Of a stretch of DNA of 39,408 bases, positions 7,579-18,900 are shown piece by piece. Made by a program: the position numbers and the translations under genes. Origin of the DNA: a virus. Taxonomy: Duplodnaviria > Caudoviricetes. Within the stretch, counting starts at the first letter, position 1. Every line of letters begins with the position of its first letter. The notes beneath the pieces are model-generated. The model was not told the DNA's origin. It saw only the letters and a list, made by a program, of their open reading frames with translations, and did not search any database. The stretch lies in the IMG/VR virus record IMGVR_UViG_3300023174_000335, positions 1 to 39,408 of that record; one strand, given 5' to 3'.

Positions 7579-10446
7579 TCAAGCATTATCGTAAACCCAT
7601 CCTCTGATTACTCCAGTGTAGACCAAATTAAACGCAAGCCCTGGAGTGGTAATAGTAATATCATCAGTAGTAGCGTTAATCAAATTGCCATTTCTTCTAA
7701 TAAACAATTGTCCCAATATACTAATACCAGTTTGATCAACAAAACGAATCTCATCCCCTACATTTGGTGTTAATGGTAAAAATATTTGAACGTTATTTGT
7801 TATTTGAACACCGCTATTATTAAATTTAAGTGTGTCTATCAATAAACGATCACCAGGTAAAGCATTATAGTTAGCTTTAATTACCTTCCAAGTAAGTGCT
7901 AAATTACCAGGAACTTTAACAACTGTGTCTTCATTACCTATATTAACTGTGGCAACTTGAACGCCAGTCCCAGTGCCATCGTCAACAAAAAGATTTGCAA
8001 CACTTGTTAACGATTTAATCTGACCTTGATCTAATATGAAATCTTGATCTATTTTAGCGTTTTCAATTACAGCATTGTCAATACCTACAATTTTTCCAGT
8101 AACGTATATGTCGCCGTCTACACCTAATGTTTTGTTAATAGATCTAATATATTGAGATGATGTAATCCTATTTGTGTTATTTTTAAATAATAACCCAGCA
8201 CCACCAATTGCACTGGAAACAGTGTCAATTTTAGGCACAATTAATTCATTAACAACATGTAAGTCATGTTGAACATATACTATACCACCAAGTTGCAAAT
8301 TGGCAGGATCTTCAATGCGACCTATTTTAATCTGACTGGCTTTGGCTCCAACTTTTAAATCAGTAACATATTCAGGTAGCATATCAAATTCAGTTGTAAG
8401 TTGCCCTACTGTGAGTGTTCCCTTTTTACTATTGGCTAGCCCTTCTTGGCCATTAATTGTTATAGTACCATTGACTTCTAAATTATTTTTAATTGAAGTT
8501 CTACCAGCAGAATTTGCTATTTCAACAGTAAATGCAGATCCGCCAATAATTAGGGTCTGAACGTTTTCATTGAACACACTGGCAATATCAGTGTCAACAT
8601 CTGCTCTAATGTCAGCAATGTTGGCGCCACCAGGTGTTGGTGATGTACCCTTTATTACAATATCGCCGTCAAAGAATGCTATCTGATTGCGAACACGTAG
8701 TTCCCCGTCAGAGTCACCAATAACTATGTTGTTAGCTTTGCCACCTAAATATATATTTTTAGTTTTAGTGTTAAAAACATACATAGTTTCTGTATTGGCA
8801 TTTAGATAAGCAGGAGTACTGTCAGCATATCCTATAAAAAATTCCCCAAGAACATTTAAATTATGGTTAATATAGGTATCACCTTCTGGATCTCCGCCTA
8901 TATTAATTCTAATAGCTTCATCACCAATGTTTATGGTTTGTATATTATTTGGTAAAAAGTTAAAAAATACTGCTGCTGGGTCTGAACTAATAATTTCAGG
9001 AGTTCCGCTTTGATCAAATATTAACTTTTTGTTTAATATCAAATCTTCTTTGGCCACTGCATCCTTTTCAAATTCAATAGAATTATTAGCGTTTAAAAGT
9101 AAATTTCCTGAAGTAACTCTAACAGTATTATTTTTAATTAAAACATTATTAACTTGAACTTCACCTGATACAGTTAGACGATTATCAACATCCACATCAT
9201 TTCTAAAATTTGTAATACCAGTAGTGTCGTTACCAATGTTTATGGTGTTTGTGGCAGCGCCAATGTTAATTGTTTTAACTGTGGAGTTAAGCAGATTAAA
9301 ATTAGTTAGAGTAGAATTTAAGCTTCCGCCATCAATATTAACGTTTCGTGCCACATTTAAATTATTATTAACTGTGGTTATACCAGTGGCAGCGCCAACA
9401 TTAACCTCAGTAGCTGCCCCAGCTAAATTTACTGTGGTTGCTGTGGCATTAACAATATCAATTGATTCATTGTCGGTGACTATATTATTACGGAAATTAG
9501 CATCGCCAGCAATATCAAAAGTGGCTATTGGGTCTGAATTATAAATGCCTACCCTGCTTCTAAGTGCATCAATATAAATTGCATTAGTAGATCCAGAACT
9601 ATTTTTTACATTTAATGCTAAATTTGAATTTTGAATATTACTTTTAAGTGTGGTTAAATTTGATGCTATTTCAAATGTTAAATTATTAGATGCTCCCAAT
9701 GTCAATGGGGTGCTATTAACAATGGTCAATGCTCCATTAATAAAACTATTTCCAGTTGTTTGAACAAAGTTACTGACGTTAATAATATTGCCAAATCCAT
9801 CAATTAAGTTTTGAGCATTTAATGCCGTGCCATAAAAATTAAAACCTACAATTGCTGGGGTAAATCCTTTTCTAATAACGCCAGTTATGCCTTCATTTTG
9901 TAAAACACGACCATTTGCAGTTAAATAATTTGGCGTGAATGTATCTTTGCTGAATACACCTAAGAGAACATCACCAATTTTTAATTTGATTAGAGTTTTT
10001 GTTGCCCCAGTATTATCAGTTATGTTGACAATTTCGTTACCAGATACACCTTGTTGCGCTGTGTAAATAGGGCCTGCAAGTCTTGTTCCTTGACCATCAT
10101 TAAAATACAGTTGTCTTCTTAAACTGTCAATCCAAATGTCACCTGGGCTTAAGGAAGGCTCAATACTACTAACTTGTGGCCTGTTAGGTTCTTTGAATAT
10201 ACTTCCATTAAAAATTCTAATTTTTTCTTCACTGGTATCGTACCAAATTTGTCCTTTAATTGGTGATTTAGGAGCTGTTGTACTAGCAAAGTTTTCTAAT
10301 AATTTAACAAAATTTTGATTAAATTCTAAACCATAGTTATTAGTACTTTTGCCTACTAAGGTCAAATCAGTGGATAATTTATCCACGCTGTTATCTAAGA
10401 TATCAGCTAATACACTTCCGTCAGTTTTGATTATAGTATATGGCAT
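7579..10446 (-). CDS. Long tail fibre protein, 955 aa
   Basis: Carries the shared fibre N-terminus (LTLVGKSTNNYGLEFNQNFVKLLENFAS...KGQIWYD) and about six internal repeats (e.g. FNLLNSTVKTINIGAATNTINIG). The C-terminal domain W...YNALPGDRLLIDT...IFLPLTPNVGDEIRFVD...LVY...GW resembles the beta-sandwich repeats near the N-terminus of T4 gp34. Confidence 0.75.
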   Translation of the reverse strand: MPYTIIKTDGSVLADILDNSVDKLSTDLTLVGKSTNNYGLEFNQNFVKLLENFASTTAPKSPIKGQIWYDTSEEKIRIFNGSIFKEPNRPQVSSIEPSLSPGDIWIDSLRRQLYFNDGQGTRLAGPIYTAQQGVSGNEIVNITDNTGATKTLIKLKIGDVLLGVFSKDTFTPNYLTANGRVLQNEGITGVIRKGFTPAIVGFNFYGTALNAQNLIDGFGNIINVSNFVQTTGNSFINGALTIVNSTPLTLGASNNLTFEIASNLTTLKSNIQNSNLALNVKNSSGSTNAIYIDALRSRVGIYNSDPIATFDIAGDANFRNNIVTDNESIDIVNATATTVNLAGAATEVNVGAATGITTVNNNLNVARNVNIDGGSLNSTLTNFNLLNSTVKTINIGAATNTINIGNDTTGITNFRNDVDVDNRLTVSGEVQVNNVLIKNNTVRVTSGNLLLNANNSIEFEKDAVAKEDLILNKKLIFDQSGTPEIISSDPAAVFFNFLPNNIQTINIGDEAIRINIGGDPEGDTYINHNLNVLGEFFIGYADSTPAYLNANTETMYVFNTKTKNIYLGGKANNIVIGDSDGELRVRNQIAFFDGDIVIKGTSPTPGGANIADIRADVDTDIASVFNENVQTLIIGGSAFTVEIANSAGRTSIKNNLEVNGTITINGQEGLANSKKGTLTVGQLTTEFDMLPEYVTDLKVGAKASQIKIGRIEDPANLQLGGIVYVQHDLHVVNELIVPKIDTVSSAIGGAGLLFKNNTNRITSSQYIRSINKTLGVDGDIYVTGKIVGIDNAVIENAKIDQDFILDQGQIKSLTSVANLFVDDGTGTGVQVATVNIGNEDTVVKVPGNLALTWKVIKANYNALPGDRLLIDTLKFNNSGVQITNNVQIFLPLTPNVGDEIRFVDQTGISILGQLFIRRNGNLINATTDDITITTPGLAFNLVYTGVIRGWVYDNA

Positions 10447-12275
10447 TATACAAACCTACCAGTAAAAATTATAAATTTTAGCTTGTCTATGGGATTGCTA
10501 TTACTGAGGTTAGGCAACTTAAATACTGGTATGCCATCTTGAATAGTTTCGTTATCCCCAGTATATTCGTAGCCTATTACTGAAAATAAATCTGAATACA
10601 AGCTTTGCTCTAATGATGAACCATCACAAATTCTATATCCATTTGGAATGGCTGCTGTTGGTTTACCTGCCCAAATAGTTATTGTTCCAATAGGCACCAA
10701 AGGTAATGTGTTAAGTAGACTATTTTTAGAAATTTTATTTAATTGTCTAGTGCCATTTGATTCTCTACTTACTAATAATAAGTCAGTGTTAATTAAATTT
10801 GTTATTTCAGGTTTATTATAGATAACATCAGGAGTTAATGAAATTGACATTATGCCTGTGTCTAATGAATTTATATTAAATGCATTTTCAGTATTGGATA
10901 GTTTAATATCCCCATTAAATTTAATATTAATGCCATTAGTTAATGACTGCGCTGATCCTGTAATGTTTCCACTTAAAGATCCTGTAACATTTGCATAAAT
11001 TGTTACAGGATTATTAAGATCACCTATCTGATCAGCCCAAACATTGCTCCATCTATTTGCAGTGTTACCAAGTGTATAAGAACCAGTCTTTGGTAAAATA
11101 TTAGACATTCTACTAGTTTCTTCAACGTAAAGACTTTTACCAATGGATAATGTTTTAGCTATAAACATGCCGCCGGCAGTGCGTATACTTGGTAGATTTG
11201 GGGCTATTACATCACTGTCATTTGTGCCTGTAACAATTAATGATTGATTAGTTTTTATATTACCTACTACATCCAAACTTTCAGTAGGAGCAGTATTATT
11301 AATACCCACTTTTCCAAGTCTAGTGTTTACTAGTCCAGAGTCAATGGTTAGAATAATGTCTGAATTTAGTGCTTTTTGAATTTTGAAATTTATTTTAGAT
11401 CCAGAATTTTGATTATAAAATACACTGGCTCCATTTTCAACACCTATGGTTAATGATTTATCAGTGCCTATTACTAAACCGTTATCATTTCTAATATTAA
11501 ATCCATAATTTGTTACACTAACTTGATCGGATCTAAGAAAGTTTCTAGCATCAACAACTGTGTCGCCTACAATCAGTGATTCTGCTTTTTCACTGATGCC
11601 CCAAAATTTAACACCCTTTGCGTTAGTTTGCGGGATACTGGCATTTAAATTTAACCCTTGTTTAATTATGGGAAACCCTTGTTGAACTGCTTTGGGTGTA
11701 AATTCTCTATCACTGACAATGGCTACTCTACTATTTTTAACATATAATCCCAATACTGGTCTTGTACTATTGTCAGCAGCATCTATAATTAAATCAACTT
11801 CGGCGGTGGTTTTTTCACCTTCATTATATTTTGGTCCAATCAGTTGCCATGGAAAACTGCCAAATCCTGTATAGATATATAACTGTTTTCTAGTAGTATC
11901 AACATAAAAATCACCTAGATTAAGTCCAGCAACAGGTCCTGTAGGTGCATTAGCTGATTTTTTTACAATACCTAATTGTATCCAAGTTGTACCATCAAAT
12001 ACCTTTAGCCCTCCGCCTAAATTATCATTTAATGAGTTATACCAAACTTGACCCTTTACTGGGTTAGTTGGCCCAGAGCTTATATCTGAATTAGAATTTT
12101 TAGCAGGACTGGCGAAATTTTCTAATAGATGTAAAAAATTTTCACCAATAATTTGAGTATATCCCGTGTAATTTCTGCCTATAAAAGTGAGACTGGTATC
12201 TGTATTAGTGCCTTCATCAGGAACATTGTATACATGATTTTGAGCAGTATTACTTATGGGGGTGGTATTTGCCAT
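10446..12275 (-). CDS. Tail fibre protein with C-terminal phage tail-collar domain, 609 aa
   Basis: Carries the shared fibre N-terminus (LTFIGRNYTGYTQIIGENFLHLLENFAS...KGQVWYN) and a GKVGINNTAPTESLDVVGNI fibre motif. The C-terminus has the collar signature PIGTITIWAG...PNGYRICDGSSL...YSDLFSVIG...FKLPNL. Confidence 0.8.
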   Translation of the reverse strand: MANTTPISNTAQNHVYNVPDEGTNTDTSLTFIGRNYTGYTQIIGENFLHLLENFASPAKNSNSDISSGPTNPVKGQVWYNSLNDNLGGGLKVFDGTTWIQLGIVKKSANAPTGPVAGLNLGDFYVDTTRKQLYIYTGFGSFPWQLIGPKYNEGEKTTAEVDLIIDAADNSTRPVLGLYVKNSRVAIVSDREFTPKAVQQGFPIIKQGLNLNASIPQTNAKGVKFWGISEKAESLIVGDTVVDARNFLRSDQVSVTNYGFNIRNDNGLVIGTDKSLTIGVENGASVFYNQNSGSKINFKIQKALNSDIILTIDSGLVNTRLGKVGINNTAPTESLDVVGNIKTNQSLIVTGTNDSDVIAPNLPSIRTAGGMFIAKTLSIGKSLYVEETSRMSNILPKTGSYTLGNTANRWSNVWADQIGDLNNPVTIYANVTGSLSGNITGSAQSLTNGINIKFNGDIKLSNTENAFNINSLDTGIMSISLTPDVIYNKPEITNLINTDLLLVSRESNGTRQLNKISKNSLLNTLPLVPIGTITIWAGKPTAAIPNGYRICDGSSLEQSLYSDLFSVIGYEYTGDNETIQDGIPVFKLPNLSNSNPIDKLKFIIFTGRFV

Positions 12276-12276
12276 A

Positions 12277-12882
12277 TTATGTTCCTAGGCCAGTTAAACT
12301 TTGTATTCTAACTGTGTAATCTATTTGAATGAGACGATTTAAACTTTTTTGTACTGGGTGAAATACTACATGAGTTAATAATCTACTTTGATTTGTTTCA
12401 CTATATGATTTTAATCCCAATTCATCAAAAACATATTCTGATTCATTATTGTTAGTGTTATCAAATGCACTTTGGCCACTGGGCTCACCATAATCTAGAA
12501 AACAAGTAACAAACACATCCGTGTAATTTGTACCAGTAACGTGTCTAGTTTCTATATAATTTCTTATGGGATCAATGTTCGTGATACTTCTATCATCAAC
12601 TACTTTAGTATAGGTTGGATTATATAAATCAGCATTAATTCCAGTAGAATTTGGGGTCAAGTACGTAATAATACCTGTGGGATCTACAGCAGTACCGCCG
12701 TTTCCAAAGGCCATTTCATAGATAAACCCCTGTCCAGAATTAGATATACTGTTGGCCAATGCCACACTCATATTTTCGTAATGTATGGCATTACGCTTAT
12801 TGACATAGATTTCTTTAGAACTAGGGTCCCAAATTTTAATATGTCCTTCTATGTGAATCCCACCAAAGTCTTTGTTTTGCAT
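12277..12882 (-). CDS. Conserved-looking baseplate/fibre-attachment structural protein, 201 aa
   Basis: Sits between the giant wedge gene and the fibres. Motifs MAFGNGG, FDELGL and HPVQKSLNRLIQIDYTVRI resemble fibre-anchor (DUF3751-like) domains. Function is inferred from context. Confidence 0.6.
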   Translation of the reverse strand: MQNKDFGGIHIEGHIKIWDPSSKEIYVNKRNAIHYENMSVALANSISNSGQGFIYEMAFGNGGTAVDPTGIITYLTPNSTGINADLYNPTYTKVVDDRSITNIDPIRNYIETRHVTGTNYTDVFVTCFLDYGEPSGQSAFDNTNNNESEYVFDELGLKSYSETNQSRLLTHVVFHPVQKSLNRLIQIDYTVRIQSLTGLGT

Positions 12883-12900
12883 GATTATTTCTCTATCAAA

Positions 12901-12908
12901 ATATTTAT
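12901..12908 (-). promoter_or_regulatory. Late promoter motif ATAAATAT
   Basis: Lies in the 27-nt gap between the 4249-aa and 201-aa genes. Confidence 0.65.
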
Positions 12909-12909
12909 T

Positions 12910-15900
12910 TTATCCATTATTCAGTTTTTTAGGCTTAAATTTTAGAAAATATGCTACGCTATTGCTTGAATTAGCTATATCTTTGCCTGGATCATTCCAC
13001 AGGGTCAATGTCTTTCTAACAACCTGTGTTTTAATTCCCAGTCTTGGTGTGCTATTTAAGTTTAATTGGGCTGTGGTTTCATCAATTGTAAAATCTGCAG
13101 GATAATCAACATCGCCCTCAGGACTTTCTGGATGAATTCTTGCATCATGTAGTGTATATGGATTTTTTCGTTGTCTAACTCCGCCTACAAACACTTCAAT
13201 ACTGTCCTTGCTGGGGATATAAGGTAATCCAACGTTTGGATCCCACTCTTGTACGTCTGTTTTATCTTCATAAGGTATAGTTTCTGCAACACCAATGTCC
13301 AAGACTTCTGTACCTAATTCATGTATTTTAGGTATACCAGTCCCCCAAGTTCCTCTACGTAATTGACTGATTTTATTTTGATTTTTAATAAAATATTCAA
13401 TTCGTTCACCGTTAATGTAAACTACCCCTGGTTGATTTAAGGATATATTTGGCTCATTTAATGTTGTTGGATCATCTACTTCAACTTCTTTGTCAGAAAA
13501 CTTTAGCTCTTTAGTCAAATAAGTTGTTCTATTTTTGCTTATTCTCTTATAGTGTGATCTATTAAGGATATCTTTAAATTGCATAAATGCTATTGGCTCT
13601 CTGCTAGTATTAGCACTAAATGTTAATACTGAAAATCTATCTTGAGTGGTTGGAATAACATTAAGAATCACTTCTGTTTTATTATCAGATAATACATAAT
13701 CCATATTGGGAATTAATAAAGTTTTATTTTTAATAACCCACACATAGTTAGCATTTATTATTGGCCTGTCAAGTGTCAGTATGCCCCCACTGACTTTAAT
13801 AGCTTCTAAATAGTAAATGCTATTTTCATAATTTTCTATATTAGATTTAACTGTATAATCACTACGTTGAATGTTTAATATGTCATGATTGTACATGGAA
13901 ATAACTTCTATTCTAGTATTATCTGGATAGGCTGTTTTAAATTCAATGTAATTAGAATCGTCATCTTTACCTATGGTATAGTCTGAATACTTTACCAATG
14001 TAACTATAACTTTGGCATTTTCTACATAATAGTTTGGTTTAATAATGACCTTTTGCGTGATCAAATCTATATTATATGCATCGCCTAATTGAACTTCATT
14101 ATTATCAATATAAACTTTATAGTCTTCAATAATATTAAACACTTCCTCATCACTAACTGATCCCTTGCCCAATGGAATATCGTAACTATATACATTATTT
14201 TGCAATACAAAAGAGAATGAATCAGTAGAATTTAATATTTCATTTCCAACTCTAACAATAGTATTTTGTGTTAGCGGAGAGCTTTTTCCAACAGGATTTA
14301 ATAAATTATATCTTAAAGTAGTACCATCTGTAGTAATTGTTTCTCTACTTACTACACTAGTAGCAGTGTTTGATAGTTTTCTAAAAATTACATAGTTTAT
14401 TACTTGGCCAACAGCAATCTCATCTACAAATTTAATGGCTAATTTATTTTTAAGGCTATATGTATCATCAGTTTTAAATAAAGTATAATTCATAACTTCA
14501 CCAGAAACTAACACCATTAACTCTACATCATCTCTCCAATCAAAATTCAATAACAATTCTTTACTAGCAGTCTCTACTATCTTGTGATCCATTTCTAAAA
14601 TATTATTTCCGTTAAATCCCAAAGTAATTATTGATACAATTTTTCCTTGGGGCGGCGCACTAACTAGTTTAATTTCTAAACTGTTAAAATCTACATTATA
14701 ATCTAATTTAGGGCGTAGTATATCAGACCCAACTTTGATAACCACTGCTGATTTACTATTGGGATATTGACTTATTTTATAAGAAGTCATAGCACCATCA
14801 GAGATATAATTATCACAAGTAATATCTGCTGATTCATTGATTAAAACATCTGATACCTTAATAACTAGTGTATCTGCCACATGCCCTGGCAACATTTCTT
14901 CAGGGGCAGGACTGGTCAATGGACTGATAAAACGATCACCATCAATTATAATATCATCAGCATTCATTCCTGAGGCAGTTATATATGGAGTATTGCCATT
15001 CTTTCCAAATTTTCCGCCTTGTATTAAGGCATCATATATTCTAGTGTCATCATTGGCTGTTCTAGGATCCCATAATTTTTCACCCCAAGGGTTATTTTCA
15101 CTGTCCCATTTTTCAGGTGGATCAAAGTTTATGCCCACAATGCTTACCCCGCCGTAATCAATCCCTGTCATTAATTGAGCAAAATCACGACCTATCATGC
15201 CACTTTCTGGATCATAGTAATGAGTAATTCTGTCTAAGGCTTTTAAATGATGAAAATCTTTTGTATAATTAACTGTTATGACACAACCTAGAGGAGGCGG
15301 TGTATCAAAAACTATTTGACCATAATAAACGGTGTGGCTACCATCAGAACTAAGTTTACTGGTCTTTACTAAAGAGTAATCATCCTTAATAACATCTACA
15401 ATAATATTGTTAATTGTAAACGTTACTGAAGTCTTGCCTTTTTCAGTATTTGGACTATAGATAAGATCATATGATATAGTAGCTGCGTCGCCTAGGAAAG
15501 TTTCAGTTTTAGTTAAAGGCAATATGTTTTCAATTGACTCCTTTGCATATCGATCAAACCTTAAAGACATACTATTAGTTCTAACTAGATCATTTTTTAT
15601 AATTGCAGTTGCTTTAGCTGACTTTCCGTCGATGTCTAAATGGCCTTCTATTATAATAGTTGGTGCTTTAAAATAACCAGATCCTTCATTTAGTATTTGA
15701 ATTTCTATGACTTCGCCCTTAGCTATAAATGCTCTAGCTGTTGCCGGAGTTGTGCAGCTACCTATGATTTTAACTATTGGCCTAGAGAGATATCCACTAC
15801 CACCATCAAATACTTTAATTTCTTTTATGGAAAAACTGGCATTTTCTTTCCATAAACGCCAAGGATAGTCGTCAACTACATTGTCAAAATATGATAACCC

Positions 15901-18900
15901 ATTTGTTGCTCTTGTTTGAATAGCTATTATTTGATTTTGAGAAACATATGATGGCAAATCAAAATCAGTGACTAAACTTTGTGTATTTTCCATGTTATTA
16001 TATACACTGACAAACTCTCTTATTTTAGTTCTATAGGGTTTAACTTCAGCAATATAATTTTCAAAATCTTCTAAATTGTCATTATTGTATGTTATTTTTT
16101 GACGTAATTCCCCTATATTATGCAATGCTTTAACAAAGCTAGTTTTAAAAACCCAATCTACAAATGGTTGTTCAGATAAGGCATATTTGACACTTAAGAA
16201 GAATAGATTTAGATAAAGAATTCTGCGATTATCTATTAAAATTTTATCTTTTAATGAATTTAAAATTATTCTTAATTCAATACTACCTGAATTATCAAAT
16301 TTATTAATATCATATAAACTGCCATCATACCCAAGTTTGTTAAATTTAACATTATAAAATTTATTACTTAATTGTAAACTTCCATTTTGGCGACCTATTA
16401 CTTGAAAGCTTTGAGTATAATCTATTGATTCTGTATTAGAATATTTTTTTAATAATAACCATCCAGAACTACCTACATTGTTGACTTTAACAATTTGGCC
16501 TATTTTACAATTATTTGTAAACAATTGATATGTACTATCAACTACATAATCTATTTTAGTAAATTGATTATATCCATCTGTATACCAATCAATATAGTTC
16601 CAAAAATTAGTAACATCATATTCTTGAATTTTTATCTTACTCCAAGTATTGTTACTATAGGTATAAATGCACCAATTTCCAAATACTGTACTGTCACTTC
16701 TTACTAATACTGTAATAGTTCTTATTGATAATCCAGTATTTGAAATATCATATCCTTCACCTTGTGATAGTACATTGACTTCTTCTATGCCGCCCGTGCT
16801 ATTTAATTTTGTTTGAACTTTAGCATATTGACCTGGTCCAGAAATAGTTATTGGTGGAGCATATTGATAACCATACCCACTATCTAACACAGTTACTGAA
16901 ACAACTTTGCCATTTTCAATACTCAAAGAAAGACTAGCTTTTTTAAATGCATCAACATTAATAAAACGCAATTCTTTTTCAGTATCAATTACATAATCAT
17001 ATAAACCAAAAATTTCACTAGGTGCTTGATCTTTTTTCAATAGATCAGTTAAATCTATGTTGTCTATTTGAATTTTTTTAAATTCACTATTAAATCTTTC
17101 AATAACTTGTTTAATTGCTTCTAACCTATTGACAAACATACTTTGTCTTGGTTTAAATTCTATTCCATATCTTTGTTTTGGTGGCAATGAAATATCAGGT
17201 ATCATTTTTCCATTTTCATCAAATCCTACTAGACTATCGATCCATTTTCTTTCAAGTTGCTTTGGAATTTCAGTTTTTTCATTTTCACTAATAATTTTCC
17301 ATTCACTATGAATATTTGTGCTATGATCAATGCTTGGCAACCAATATTGAATGGATAGGACTACGTCTTTAGATGATAGTAAGTTTTTAATATTAGTTAG
17401 ACTAATAGAATTAGTATTAGTAAATTCGATATATTTTAAACCTTGACCTTTAGGGTTGCTAATAATATTTGCAATTTCCAAAGCTGAATTTATTCTATTA
17501 ATTGAATTGGGCAGCGTTGATTTATTTTTTACCCAAAAGTAATATAATGATGTGAATTTCTTAGATATTGAATCATATTTTCTTTTTACACTATATGCTG
17601 AATTACCATATAAGGTAGTTCCAGTAATATTTTCTGTTATTCCATCAACAGTATTTGAAATATCATCCCAATCACTTGGTGGTACACTAGACTCAACCCA
17701 CTCGTAAATATCAATACTGGCAGAGTCGTATAAGGTATTCCATGTAGAATTTTTATAAGTTATATCCCCTATATGAGCATCTAAAAACTTAGCTCTACGT
17801 AAATCCCACCATAATGTGCCAACTTGTTGATCTAACCAACACATGCCATCATCTACATTTACATCTAGATCAGATTCAGATGCCTTATATGTATATGTTG
17901 CAGGATCATAATAGGTTTTATATTTGATCTGCTCCTCTGCTTTTCCTGGAATTTTACCTTGAGTTATATCTACAATATCCAAGTAAGTCAATAATTGATT
18001 AGATCGTTTATTATACAAAAATATTTTTTTAAATAAACTTAGATCGATTTTTGGACTTTCTTCTTCAATAATTTTCCAACTATAATTAGATCTGTAATGA
18101 GTATATACTGCTCCATTTCTAAAATCATTTTGTGCATTTGGTGCTGACACCAAAATATCATTATCAGCCACAGCAACTTGATATCCATATTCCTCAGCTT
18201 GACTGCTTTCTACTCCTAACGATTCAGCATAGATAAATTTATTTTCATACCTATCATATACGTCAACTCTTCCAGAATCAAGATTAATAGAACTATCATT
18301 GTAGCTTACTGTACTATCTTCATAGCTTACTGTGCTATCCTCATAATTAAACAAATTATTCTTAGAACTATCACCTAATTTACTAAAAATTACTATAGTT
18401 TTTTCATCATTAACAAATTTAATATATGTTCCAAAATCTTCATTGGTATCTCTATTATTTCTCCCATTCAATGTTTGAAATAAAACATAATCTTTATAAA
18501 CATATACTGCTTCATTAGACGAAATAGCTAGATATGTTGCATTTTCTGATAATGATATTGCTCGACCAAAATTTGTTTGATTTAATTTGGTTATTTCGTG
18601 GATTTTTGTAAATGCTTCACCAATTCTTTCAAAGATTAAAACCTTACCTTGCCCGTCATGGGTTAATGAAGTGGATATAGATAATATACTTGCTGTTTGA
18701 TCAACATCAAATTCATAAGCAAATGGTTGATCTTCACAGTCTACATCACTTGGTTCTATACTGGTTATAAATTGCCAAGCTGAGCTATCTTCAAAGTTTT
18801 TAAAATAATATATTATACCACTAACACTCTCGCCATCAGTACTGCTAACAGTTAGTGAATATGTTTGATCATATGCAAATTTTATTTTATATCCAAAATA

